From: Methanobacteriota archaeon
GTDB taxonomy: Archaea > Thermoplasmatota > E2 > DHVEG-1
Reading direction: 5' to 3'
Length of the DNA stretch: 64,000 nucleotides
NCBI GenBank assembly: GCA_963769885.1
Contig: CAVYNH010000007.1
Coordinates: forward strand, 192,001 to 256,000
A program made the position numbers and the translations under genes. Position 1 is the first letter of the stretch. Each line of letters starts with the position of its first letter. Positions 37,575-47,345 of the stretch are shown here, in pieces. The notes beneath the pieces are model-generated. The model had not been told where the DNA came from and did not search any database. It worked only from the letters and a program-made list of their open reading frames with translations.

Positions 37575-38933
37575 CTACACGTCATCAACGACGGGCGTCC
37601 CCTGAGCCGGACCCGCCACGGGCTCCGGCGGATAGCACCGCGTCTTGCGCCCCCGGCGCTGCACCCGGATGAGTCCCGCCTGTTCCAGGACCTTGACGTT
37701 GTAGTTCACGGTCTGCGGCTTCTGCCCCAGACGCCGGGAAATCTCCTTCTGGGTCCCACCGGGATGCGCCGTGATCTCGTCGATAATTCGGACCTGCAGC
37801 TCCGTCAACCGGAACCGTTCCTCCTTAGGAAACATCATGTCCGTCGGGTAAAACGCCCGGTACTTCAACCCCTCACGACGCGACTTAATCAACTGCGTCT
37901 TCTCCAAGACCCCCAGATGATAGGACAACGTCCCGTTCTTCACCCCAATCTCACGGAGGATCTGGTTGTAATGGACCCCAGGGTTCGTCTTAATGTACCC
38001 ATAAATCTGCCCGCGGACGAACTGATCCAGGACATCCTCCTTCTGAATCCGCGTATACATCGGGAAGAACAACGCCAGGAATGACAGCAGCCGGTACTTC
38101 CCACTCTCCGTGAATACGAACGCGCTCACCACAAGCAGCCCCAGCCCCGCTGACCCCATGGCGGCCACCGGCCCCTCGTTCTTCTTCGCCCACAGGTACG
38201 TATGCGCCACGTTCCCCTCATAGTTCACCTGATACACCTGCACTGTTGAATACGTGACCCCTAGGCTATCCGTCGCATGGATCTTCATGTAATACACCCC
38301 GCTGCTTTGATACGTATGCTCCGTGGTGACCTGCCCCCCAGGATAGGAATCCTGCGCGCCGTCACCCCACTCAATCGAATACCGAGCAATAACCACAGGC
38401 GACTCCCGATTCATCGCCAACGGGAAAATCACACTCACATGATATGCATCCAGCTCCGGCACCGCCTGATACATCATCGCCTTCTCAGTGAAATTCTCTA
38501 ACGGCGACACAATAATAGCAGATACCGCAATCGCAGTCTGCCCAGGAACCTGAATACATGGCGACCCGCCGTACTCGGTCACCGTACTCCCATTCGGCAA
38601 CAGGCTCAACGCGTCATTCCCGTACTTCACCGCCACCCGATAATCAGGCAACAGGACACCAACGCTCTCCCGCGGCAGCGAAAACAACTCCGTCCGCTCC
38701 CCGTTCAACGTTACCGTCCGCTGATCAACCGATGGATCACGGGCAACCGCCGAGAAAAACGCAGATAAGTTCCCAGAATCCGAGGCATTCCCCACACGCA
38801 GCGAATGCAGAATCGGGACCGCAGCATAATCCCCGTTCGCCACCGCAGCAGATCCACTCGGAACAAAGCATAAAAAGAAACCGATAAGAATCATCGAAAA
38901 CACGATTGACTTGCACAATCGACCAGGCTGCAT
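37575..38933 (-). CDS. Membrane-anchored regulator: signal peptide, extracellular PKD domain, TM helix, two winged-HTH domains (COG3398-like)
   Basis: IEWGDG...HTY...GVY; TM segment; RGQIYGYIKTNPGVHYNQI...GTLSYHL.VLE; second HPG.TQKEI...QTVNYN...LE. Confidence 0.85.
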   Translation of the reverse strand: MQPGRLCKSIVFSMILIGFFLCFVPSGSAAVANGDYAAVPILHSLRVGNASDSGNLSAFFSAVARDPSVDQRTVTLNGERTELFSLPRESVGVLLPDYRVAVKYGNDALSLLPNGSTVTEYGGSPCIQVPGQTAIAVSAIIVSPLENFTEKAMMYQAVPELDAYHVSVIFPLAMNRESPVVIARYSIEWGDGAQDSYPGGQVTTEHTYQSSGVYYMKIHATDSLGVTYSTVQVYQVNYEGNVAHTYLWAKKNEGPVAAMGSAGLGLLVVSAFVFTESGKYRLLSFLALFFPMYTRIQKEDVLDQFVRGQIYGYIKTNPGVHYNQILREIGVKNGTLSYHLGVLEKTQLIKSRREGLKYRAFYPTDMMFPKEERFRLTELQVRIIDEITAHPGGTQKEISRRLGQKPQTVNYNVKVLEQAGLIRVQRRGRKTRCYPPEPVAGPAQGTPVVDDV

Positions 38934-39331
38934 GGGTGACCGGACTCCCTACCTACTAGCAAAGGTATTACACCTTATAAATATATTATGTGACACTTTT
39001 TTGATTCATTCAAAAATCCATCAACTTACCTTATTGTACCGTTGATAGCCCTCATGGACGTTCTTACAGGCTCGTCACAACAAATGACGGCAGGGGACGA
39101 GGAATTCGATGTGCATGAAATCGCTGTTCCGGGGCATCGAGGAGGGGGTGTTTCTGCCGGCGTGGGGCTACGCACTCTTGGCTAGGGGTTGGTTCGTTGG
39201 TCCTCTCCTCGCCGTGGTCTTGGTGTCTGAGCGGCGGGAGGAGTAGGGGGGTTTTGCTCTTCGGAGCGGTGCCCACAACTTTTATAAATAAGACTTTCTT
39301 TTCCTACCCACCATCTACTGGAGAACACCCT

Positions 39332-39697
39332 ATGGCGAAGCTGGTACCAAAGACCAATCCTCACCTCATTGCGTTGATTCAGGATTTGAAGAAGATTTCC
39401 AACGAGCAGCAGGCACCCATCTGGAAGGATGTGGCAGAACGGCTCGAGAAGCCGCTGCGCAACTGGCCCGAGGTCAACCTCTCGCGCATCGAGAAGAACC
39501 TGGGCGACAACGAGACGGCCCTTATCCCTGGTAAGGTACTATCGCCTGGTGCATTGACCAAAAAGGCAAGCATCGCCGCCTGGTCGTTTTCCGAGAGCGC
39601 CCGTGAGAAGATCAAGAAGGCTGGCGGTAAGACGCTGTCGATTGATGAGCTAATGAAGCATAACCCGAAAGGGAAGAACATCCGGATTCTGGGGTAA
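39332..39697 (+). CDS. rpl18e: 50S ribosomal protein L18e
   Basis: KTNP.L..LI..L, IWKDVAERL.KP, VNLSRI, PGKVL. Confidence 0.95.
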   Translation: MAKLVPKTNPHLIALIQDLKKISNEQQAPIWKDVAERLEKPLRNWPEVNLSRIEKNLGDNETALIPGKVLSPGALTKKASIAAWSFSESAREKIKKAGGKTLSIDELMKHNPKGKNIRILG

Positions 39698-39704
39698 TGA
39701 GACT

Positions 39705-40118
39705 ATGGTGACGATTATTGACGCTGACGGCGCCGTCCTCGGACGACTTTGTACGGTGGTCGCGAAACGCCTCCTGAAAGGGGAGGAGATTGCCGTCGTC
39801 AACTCCGAAAAAGCGATTGTGACGGGGAAGAAGACGATGGTGAAAAACCATTATCGGCATGAGCGCGAGGTGGGGACCTACCGGAAAGGGCCGTTCTACC
39901 CGCGGATGCCGGACCGTCTGGTGAAGCGTACGGTGCGCGGCATGATCCCATATCAAAGTCCACATGGCCGTGCGGCGTACCGCCGGCTGAAATGCTACAT
40001 CGGGATCCCAATCGCGCTGGCGAACCAGCCGGTGGAGAAGGTTCCCTCGGCCCAGAAGAAGGTGGCCAACTATATGACGATTCAAGAGATTTCACAGTTC
40101 TTAGGGGCGAAATGCTGA
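39705..40118 (+). CDS. rpl13: 50S ribosomal protein L13
   Basis: IDA...VLGRL...VAKRLL.GE, GPFYPR.PD...KRTVRGM.P. Confidence 0.96.
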   Translation: MVTIIDADGAVLGRLCTVVAKRLLKGEEIAVVNSEKAIVTGKKTMVKNHYRHEREVGTYRKGPFYPRMPDRLVKRTVRGMIPYQSPHGRAAYRRLKCYIGIPIALANQPVEKVPSAQKKVANYMTIQEISQFLGAKC

Positions 40119-40522
40119 TGACGAAGAAAGTCGTGAATACCTCGGGGAAGCGGAAGACCGCGATCGCCAAGGCGACAGTGACCAAGGGACAGGGCCGCGT
40201 CCGGATCAACAACAAGCCGGTCGAACTCTATGAGCCTCAGATAGCCCGGTTCAAGATTATGGAGCCGCTTACCATTGCGGCGGGGCGGACTGATGACCTC
40301 AATATCGAGGTGACCGTGGCCGGTGGGGGGTTTATGAGTCAGGCGAACGCCTGCCGGACCGCGATTGCGAAAGGGATCCTCGAATATACCGGGGATCCGG
40401 CATTGAAAGTGTCGTTCCTGGACTTTGACCGTAGTCTGCTGGTGAGTGACTCGCGGTTTAAGGAGCCGAAGAAGCCGTTGGGCCGTGGTGCCCGCAAGAA
40501 GCGGCAGAAATCCTATAGGTGA
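40118..40522 (+). CDS. rps9: 30S ribosomal protein S9
   Basis: SGKRKTAIA, GGG..SQA, GAR..RQKSYR. Confidence 0.96.
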   Translation: MTKKVVNTSGKRKTAIAKATVTKGQGRVRINNKPVELYEPQIARFKIMEPLTIAAGRTDDLNIEVTVAGGGFMSQANACRTAIAKGILEYTGDPALKVSFLDFDRSLLVSDSRFKEPKKPLGRGARKKRQKSYR

Positions 40523-40525
40523 GCT

Positions 40526-40750
40526 ATGATCATCCCTGTCCGTTGTTTTACCTGCGGTTCGGTTATTGCGCCGCTGTATGAGGAGTACCGGAAGCGTTGT
40601 GAGGAGTACTCGAAGGCGGTGGCGGCGGGGGAGAAGCCGAAGGAGACTCCGAAGCAGATCCTCGACAACCTCGGGGTTGAGCGGTACTGCTGCCGCCGGA
40701 TGATCATCTCCCACATCGACTTGCTGAAGGAAGCCGCGCCGTACGAATAA
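40526..40750 (+). CDS. rpoN: DNA-directed RNA polymerase subunit N (Rpo10)
   Basis: MIIPVRCFTCG...RYCCRRM. Confidence 0.97.
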   Translation: MIIPVRCFTCGSVIAPLYEEYRKRCEEYSKAVAAGEKPKETPKQILDNLGVERYCCRRMIISHIDLLKEAAPYE

Positions 40751-40807
40751 CTCGTTTCGAAAAATCATCAGGCGGCGCAGCCCGAATTCTCTTTTCTAAA
40801 ATGGTTT

Positions 40808-40909
40808 CTATTGATGCATGATTTTAAGGAGGTACCGGTAGAGTGAGATTACGGTCATTGTCAGCAGGCCGGCCATGAATCCAAGGAGGACGTAGAGCGC
40901 GGCCGGCAT
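40808..40909 (-). CDS. Small single-TM protein (33 aa, MPAALYVLLGFMAGLLTMTVISLYRYLLKIMHQ)
   Basis: Read manually; GGTGA SD directly upstream; one hydrophobic helix plus a basic tail. Confidence 0.45.
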   Translation of the reverse strand: MPAALYVLLGFMAGLLTMTVISLYRYLLKIMHQ

Positions 40910-41208
40910 AGTCACCGGCGCCTCTCTGTGTTTATGTTTTTGCGGTGGTTACCGATGGACATCACCTCATTGCTAAATTTTATCACGATATTATGTGTCA
41001 TTCTCAGTATTTATATCTTTCCTGAAAAAACGACCTTAGAACCTGTTCAAGCCGCCGGTTTTTATACCTGCGCAAAGCATATAATCCGACCACGGATTCT
41101 CCTCCTGGGTGATGTGGGATGCAAAAAACCTTACTCGATTTTATGGACCTCGAGTGCGCGCCAAAGAAGAAGCCCTCGGCTAAATAACCATGGTCCAGGT
41201 GAAAACCC

Positions 41209-41784
41209 TTAGATTTTCACGGACCTGTTTGCTTGGTACCGCCATATCGCAACACAGCACACCGCGATGAACACGGCGAAGCAGGCGACCGCGGCATAGA
41301 GGAACAGTGGATCTTGGAAGAACACGGCCCCGACTGTAGTCGGCGCCGGCACGGCCAGCTCATTGGTGCCCGTGCCGCCTCGGGAGGCGACCCAATCTTT
41401 GACTGAGTTCTCGGCTTGTATAACGTGCGGCTGGATCAGCGTCCCTTTGATGTAAGAGACGATATTTAGGATGCTGACAGCAAGCGCCACGAACGTCATC
41501 GTGAAAAGGACGACGATTCGCGTATTCTCGGGGTGCAAGAGGCTTTCACCCTTCCACGTCAACCGGTAGTACACCCACTTATGGCCCTCGCGCTCCGACC
41601 GTTTTATCAATCCGGCCTCGTTGAGCTTCGTCAAATGCTCATGCAAGGTCGCCTTGTTAAGGTTCGTCACCTTCGCGATATCGTTAAGGCCCATCGGCCG
41701 ACCGTCAAGATTCTTGAGAATATCCAGCCGCGTATCCGAGGCGAGTGCCTTGAAGGTCTCACGGTCAAGCGTGATCTTGGTCAT
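41209..41784 (-). CDS. ArsR-type winged-HTH regulator with C-terminal TM helices
   Basis: FKALASDTRLDIL..L...T..EHL.KL..AGLI....KWVYY.LT.KG, followed by two TM segments. Confidence 0.85.
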   Translation of the reverse strand: MTKITLDRETFKALASDTRLDILKNLDGRPMGLNDIAKVTNLNKATLHEHLTKLNEAGLIKRSEREGHKWVYYRLTWKGESLLHPENTRIVVLFTMTFVALAVSILNIVSYIKGTLIQPHVIQAENSVKDWVASRGGTGTNELAVPAPTTVGAVFFQDPLFLYAAVACFAVFIAVCCVAIWRYQANRSVKI

Positions 41785-41921
41785 TGAAGTCTCCTATAGT
41801 ATCAGTCTATATCTTAAAACCTTAAAAAGTATTGGTTTACGTTTGGTGTTTTCCAAACACGGTCCAGAAGGCCGGTGAGGCAAATATCTAATATGCATGT
41901 TTCGATACGGTAACCCTAAGT

Positions 41922-42455
41922 ATGACGAAGGAGGAGCTTATTCAAGGATTGAAGGACTGCGGCGCCATCAAGTTCGGCCGCTTCGTCCTCACCAGCGGCG
42001 CCATCAGTGACTACTACATCGACATCAAGAAAGCCAGCACGGACCCTCGAATCCTGAAGACGATTGCCCATGAAATGAGCACCTACGCCGACGGTTACGA
42101 TTTGCTGGCGGGTATGGAGCTGGGCGCGGTCCCCCTTGTCGTCGCCGTCGCCCTAGAGACCGGCATCCCCTACGTTATCATCCGCAAGGAGAGACGAGAG
42201 CACGGGACCGGCAAACAGATCGAAGGCCCTGACGTCGGCGGCCACCACGTTCTCCTCATCGAAGACGTCACCACCAGCGGTAGCTCGGTCGTGAAATCCA
42301 TCGGCATCCTGCGGGCAGGCCACGCGTACGTAGATAAAGTCCTCACTGTCGTCGACCGGGAGGCCGGCGCACGGGATATCCTCGGCAAACTTGATGTCAC
42401 CTTCACTCCGTTACTGTCAGTCAGTGAAATTCTTCACAAGAAGAAAGAAGCATGA
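41922..42455 (+). CDS. pyrE: Orotate phosphoribosyltransferase
   Basis: FVLTSG..SDYYID, RKE...HG, IEDVTTSG, VVDR. Confidence 0.93.
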   Translation: MTKEELIQGLKDCGAIKFGRFVLTSGAISDYYIDIKKASTDPRILKTIAHEMSTYADGYDLLAGMELGAVPLVVAVALETGIPYVIIRKERREHGTGKQIEGPDVGGHHVLLIEDVTTSGSSVVKSIGILRAGHAYVDKVLTVVDREAGARDILGKLDVTFTPLLSVSEILHKKKEA

Positions 42456-42472
42456 GGGAAAGGGGAGAAACG

Positions 42473-43807
42473 ATGAACGTTCTAGTGGTCGGTGGTGGAG
42501 CCAGGGAACATGCTATTTGCTCAGCCGTCGCCAAATCGAAGAACGCGACCTTGTTTTCAGTCATGGGAAACCGTAATCCGGGTATCGAACAGTTGGCGAC
42601 GGAGATCCTCATAGAAAAGGAGACGGACATCGGAGCGGTCACCAAGTTCGCCGTTGACTGCCATATCGATCTCGTCTTGGTCGGCCCGGAGGCACCGTTA
42701 GAGGCCGGGCTCGTTGACGAATTGCAGAAGGCGGGGGTCGCAGCTTGTGCTCCGACGAAGGCGGCGGCCCGTATCGAGACTGACAAGGAATTCATGCGCT
42801 CTCTTCTGCAGCGGCATCATATCCCGGGGCAGCTCGCCTATGAGGTTGTGACGAACCCGGCGGATGCGAAGGCGTTTATCGACAAATTCCATGGAGAAGT
42901 CGCCCTCAAACCGATCGGGTTGACCGGTGGGAAGGGCGTCCGCGTCGCCGGCGATCATTTCACGGGCATCCAGGAGGCTCTCAACTACGTCACTGAGGTG
43001 ATCGAGAAGAAGATCGGCGGGGCCGCGAAGATTCTGCTTGAGGAGAAGGCCACGGGGGAGGAGTTCACGCTGCAGGCGTTCACGGACGGGGAGCATCTCG
43101 CGCCGTTGCCCGCGGTCCAGGACCATAAACGGCTGCTGCCGGACGATAAGGGACCGAACACCGGAGGTATGGGGTCGTACTCCTGCATCGACGGTCTGTT
43201 GCCGTTCCTGCGGGAAAACGAGTACAAAGAAGGCCTGCATATCCTTGAGTCGATCGTTCAGGCGTTAAGGAAGGAGGGCCACCCCTACATCGGCCCGATC
43301 TACGGGCAGTTCATGCTCACGCATTCAGAGGTGAAGTTGATCGAGATCAACGCGCGGTTCGGAGACCCTGAGGTGATGAACGTGCTGCCCTTACTGCAGA
43401 CGGATTTATTGGAGGTCTGCTCTGCGATGCAGACGCAAACACTGGCAAAGCATCCGTTGGTACTGGCGAAGAAATCCACGGTCTGCAAGTACGTCGTCCC
43501 AGAAGGCTACGGGGTGCAGAGCATGAGCGGGTATCCGATCTCCGTGGATGAGGCTGCCATAAAGTCGCTGGGAGCCCTCGTGTTCTATGCGTCTGTGAAC
43601 AAGACGGACCAGGGGATTCTGACGGGGATGAGCCGTGCGGTCGCGGTCGTGGGCATCGCGGATACCATCGACGCTGCTGAGAAGCAGTGTGAGGCCGGAC
43701 TTTCGTATATCACAGGCGAGCATTTGTTCGTCCGGCATGACATCGGCACTCGTCCGCTGCTGGAGCGGCGCAGCACCCATATGCAGAAGATCCGAGGGAA
43801 GCCATGA
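42473..43807 (+). CDS. purD: Phosphoribosylamine-glycine ligase
   Basis: GGGAREHA, GPEAPL, QDHKR...D.GPNTGGMG, EINARFGDPE. Confidence 0.95.
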   Translation: MNVLVVGGGAREHAICSAVAKSKNATLFSVMGNRNPGIEQLATEILIEKETDIGAVTKFAVDCHIDLVLVGPEAPLEAGLVDELQKAGVAACAPTKAAARIETDKEFMRSLLQRHHIPGQLAYEVVTNPADAKAFIDKFHGEVALKPIGLTGGKGVRVAGDHFTGIQEALNYVTEVIEKKIGGAAKILLEEKATGEEFTLQAFTDGEHLAPLPAVQDHKRLLPDDKGPNTGGMGSYSCIDGLLPFLRENEYKEGLHILESIVQALRKEGHPYIGPIYGQFMLTHSEVKLIEINARFGDPEVMNVLPLLQTDLLEVCSAMQTQTLAKHPLVLAKKSTVCKYVVPEGYGVQSMSGYPISVDEAAIKSLGALVFYASVNKTDQGILTGMSRAVAVVGIADTIDAAEKQCEAGLSYITGEHLFVRHDIGTRPLLERRSTHMQKIRGKP

Positions 43808-44583
43808 GTGGCGAGGAACCGATCTATGTGTATTTTATCGGGACCGCAGGGTCGGGGAAGTCGACGCTTGCGGCGAATTTCAAGAAATGGATGGGCCTGC
43901 GCAGCCTGGATGCGATCACCGTGAACCTCGACCCAGGCGCGGAGCACCTACCGTACGAACCTGATGTTGACATCAGGGATTGGATCAGCCTTGAGGAGGT
44001 GATGGAGACCAATGAGCTAGGGCCGAACGGCGCACAGGTCGTCTGCGCGGACATGATTGCCCTTAACACCGGCGAGGTCGAGGAGAGCATCGGCACGTTC
44101 AAACCAGATTATATCCTGATGGACACACCCGGGCAGCTGGAGCTGTTCGTGTTCCGAGAGGCGGGGAAGTACACCATCCAGTTCCTCAGCCCCTGCAACG
44201 CCGCGGTCTGCTACTTGCTCGACCCCCTGTTGGCACGGACGGCGTCCGGGTTCGTGTCTCAATTGTTGTTGTCACTGACGACGCACTTCCGGCTGAACCA
44301 GCCGCAGGTCAACGTCCTCAGCAAAGCTGACGTGCTCGCGCCAAAAGAGCTATGGCTGGTGCAGAAATGGTCGGATAACCCTGACGAGCTAGAGACCGCG
44401 CTGATGACTGAGGCGTCCTCAGTTTATCGCGAATTAAGCGAAGGTATCCTGCGACTGCTCAAGGAGGTCGGCGGCTACACGCGACTACTCGCCTCGTCAA
44501 AGGAGAATCTCAAAGGCATCGACGACATCTATACCCGCCTTCAGATGCAGTTCCACGGCGGGGAAGACCTTACAAAAGACTGA
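43804..44583 (+). CDS. GPN-loop GTPase
   Basis: GTAGSGKST, NLDPG, LGPNG, DTPGQ.ELF, SKAD. Confidence 0.93.
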   Translation: MSGEEPIYVYFIGTAGSGKSTLAANFKKWMGLRSLDAITVNLDPGAEHLPYEPDVDIRDWISLEEVMETNELGPNGAQVVCADMIALNTGEVEESIGTFKPDYILMDTPGQLELFVFREAGKYTIQFLSPCNAAVCYLLDPLLARTASGFVSQLLLSLTTHFRLNQPQVNVLSKADVLAPKELWLVQKWSDNPDELETALMTEASSVYRELSEGILRLLKEVGGYTRLLASSKENLKGIDDIYTRLQMQFHGGEDLTKD

Positions 44584-44630
44584 CCAGACGTCTCTTCACA
44601 TCCAGTCATTTTTCAATCAGAGAAGGCAAT

Positions 44631-45560
44631 TTAGGTTGTTTTGATCGTCCCGAGCACCGGCTCGAAGACGAACCCCTTGTCCATCAGTCCTGTGAGCGCC
44701 TCTTCGACCGCGGTCTCGGTCAATCCCTGCTTCTTGCATTCCTCCACGATCGCGTCCCAGGGCGCGCCTTCTGCGCTCTCCAGGCTCTTGACAACCTCGA
44801 GCACCACGGTCTCCGCGTCCTTCGCCTCCTCTTTCTTCGCGGCAGGTGCTTTCTGTTTCGTCTTCTTCGCTGCGGGAGGGGCTTTCTCGCGATGTTCCTT
44901 GGCCTCGGTTGCTTCTTGCGTCTTGGCTTCCTCGAAGTCCTCTTTTCCGGTCGGCGCGATGTACTGCAAGGATTCGCGGATCAAGGTGACGTACTTCGTC
45001 GTATCCAGCGACCCATACCGCTTCAACGCGGTGACGACGCCCTCCGCCAGGTCCTTGCTGACTCCGACCTTACGGAGGTCGTAGACGTTGGGCTGCACCA
45101 TCTTCATCGCCTCAGTAATCGCGAGGATCCGCTGCCGCGTCTGCTGGCACGTTTCGATGATCCAGCGGTCGCGAGCCTCCGCCGTCACCTCGTGGACCAT
45201 CTCCGGGCGCACCGATAGATACAGCGTCCCTGGCTCCGGCTCATACGTGCGGACCTTGCCGACGATGGCGACGAACGCCGGGACCTCGATACGTTGCAGA
45301 TGGTTCGTGGCCTCCTGCTGGTACTGCCCAGAATAAATGGTGAACACCCCGGTGGGATCGGAGATGTGCGCGCGAAGATAGTCGCCGCCCTCGGTGACGT
45401 TCTCCACATCGGTGAGCACCCCGGTGATGTAGACCCGGTTTATCTTCCCCCCAAGCGGGGTGACGATATAGGAGGGAACTTTCTCGCCGGTGCCTTTCAG
45501 CTCGATGGTCGCGTCGTTGTACTCCGCGGCGAACACCCGCCAGGCCGGCTCTCGCTTCAT
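44631..45560 (-). CDS. RPA-associated OB-fold/winged-helix protein (RPA2-like)
   Basis: REPAWRVFA.E, TP.G..NRV...G.L, DPTG.F....GQYQ; C-terminal EEAL..LMDKG..FEP. Confidence 0.85.
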   Translation of the reverse strand: MKREPAWRVFAAEYNDATIELKGTGEKVPSYIVTPLGGKINRVYITGVLTDVENVTEGGDYLRAHISDPTGVFTIYSGQYQQEATNHLQRIEVPAFVAIVGKVRTYEPEPGTLYLSVRPEMVHEVTAEARDRWIIETCQQTRQRILAITEAMKMVQPNVYDLRKVGVSKDLAEGVVTALKRYGSLDTTKYVTLIRESLQYIAPTGKEDFEEAKTQEATEAKEHREKAPPAAKKTKQKAPAAKKEEAKDAETVVLEVVKSLESAEGAPWDAIVEECKKQGLTETAVEEALTGLMDKGFVFEPVLGTIKTT

Positions 45561-46848
45561 CGTAGGTCCTCCAGCTGTTCCGTGATCGCCTCGGCCTCCT
45601 TAGTAATGTCGAAATCATGCAGGCTGGCGTCATGCGCGATGATGGTGACGCCGAAGTTGTCGCCCAGGGCGTTGCCGGCGACGAGGAGCCGATGGCCGAA
45701 GAGCGTCTTCGATAGAGTTTCTTCCAGCGTCGCCGCTTGCTCTTGTAATTCGGAGAGGGATTTGCCTAGGAGTTTTTCGGTCTGCGGTCGGCCCAGGATC
45801 GTGCCGATCGAGCCGCTGCCGTCGTCCACGGTCAGTTTCAGGCGGACGTCGGGGATGCCGGTGACCTGCCCATGGGTCGGGCAGCCTGTCTCCAGTAGCA
45901 CGCGGTTGCAGTCGGGGCAGCGTAGGACGACGCCGGAGCCGCGCCGGACCTCGATGATGGTTCCTTCCACCTCGATGTCAAGTGCACCGTTGCGGTCCAC
46001 GAGTTCCGAGAGTGAGATCCGTTGGGTCTTCACCTCTTTCTTGGGGATGATGTCCGCGTCGACTGTTTCGACCGCGGATTTTTCGTCGAACGAGAGTTGT
46101 GGGATGCCTTTCCAGGTCTTGACGTAGCCGCCGGAGACCTTGATGACCATGTCTTCTTTGAGGCTGAAGTCATGCCAGGCGGTGAACTGGGCTTTGCCGG
46201 TTTCGTCGCCGATCAGGCCGGAGTAGACGGTCTTTTTCTGTCCATTGGCTTCGACCTCGCGTGTCGTCAATTCGAGGATGCGGCCGGTGAGTTCGACGGC
46301 GGAGAGTCCCCCGCGGAGGTCCTTGACCTTGAAGGCGCGTGGCTCTGAGCTGATCTCGGGGATTCTGGCGTCGTCGGTCTTGGTGAGTCGGGTGCGGTCG
46401 CCGAAGTTGAGTTTGACTACACCTTGCCATTCCTTGGTGTAGGCGTTGGCGATTTCGAGGACGTCGCCTTTGTTGATGTCGAAGTCTTTCCAGGCGGTGA
46501 AAGCGACGGTGCCGGATTCGTCGCCGAGGATGCCGTAATAGATCGTGCGTTTTTCTCCTTTGACGGTGATCTCGCGGGGGTTGACGGAGACGATGCGGGC
46601 GAGGATGTTAACGCTTTGGAGGTTGGGTTTGAGGTCGACGATGAGGGTGCGTTCCGTGGATGGCCGTGGGCGTTCGGTGGTCGTGTATTTCTTGACGAGG
46701 GTCTGTTTGGCGTGGTCCGCGGGGACGCCGTAGTCGAGGAAGCGGCGGAGCTCTTTTCCAGCTCCTCGCGGCTGACGTCTCTGCCTTGGTTTTCGCGGAG
46801 TTCTTCGAGGATGTCGTCGATGTACTGCGCGAACTCGTCGTCGGTCAT
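45557..46848 (-). CDS. rpa: Replication protein A (multi-OB-fold with Zn finger); 1-nt frameshift near 46755
   Basis: GDESG/GDETG OB motifs, RCPDCNRVL...C..HG, DDGSG; the N-terminal 32 codons are in another frame, joined across GGAAAAG. Confidence 0.85.
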
Positions 46849-47345
46849 GGCCCTCAATCCTCTCCCATTCTATTCTCGATGGTGGAATAGGTACACGCTA
46901 TATAAAACCTAAGGAGCAACCATTTTCTTACAGAAGAACAATATTCACTCCGCACGGCCTTCGAGGGTGCGATACTATTTCTTCTGGGAAATCACTATGC
47001 GAACTTTGATGCGCCTCGCGCACGTTGTCCTTCTCGACCTGGTTCAACGAGATGTCATGTTTTTGCTCATGCGTCCTCAATACACGGTATCTCACGGGGT
47101 GTTAACAGGAGATGATTACTAAAATGAAAAATCATTGACCATTATTCTTTTCCTTTTTCAAATATTCAGCGGTCTCAGGTAATATTTCGTCTTTTATTGA
47201 AGAGTATGATTGATTACTAGTCCTGCACCTCCCCGAGAAACGCTATTTATTGGTTATTTTGTATCGAATACAATCAATGATAAATGTTAAATATAAAATA
47301 GGGTTTTCTCAATTTACATAATTTTTGACGGAGGAGGAATAAACA

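Noticed and set aside
46900-47340. Possible small gene or RNA in the RPA-secreted protein spacer
   Set aside because: Only a weak ~50-codon TTG ORF without an RBS and no convincing structure; looks like ordinary divergent promoter DNA.
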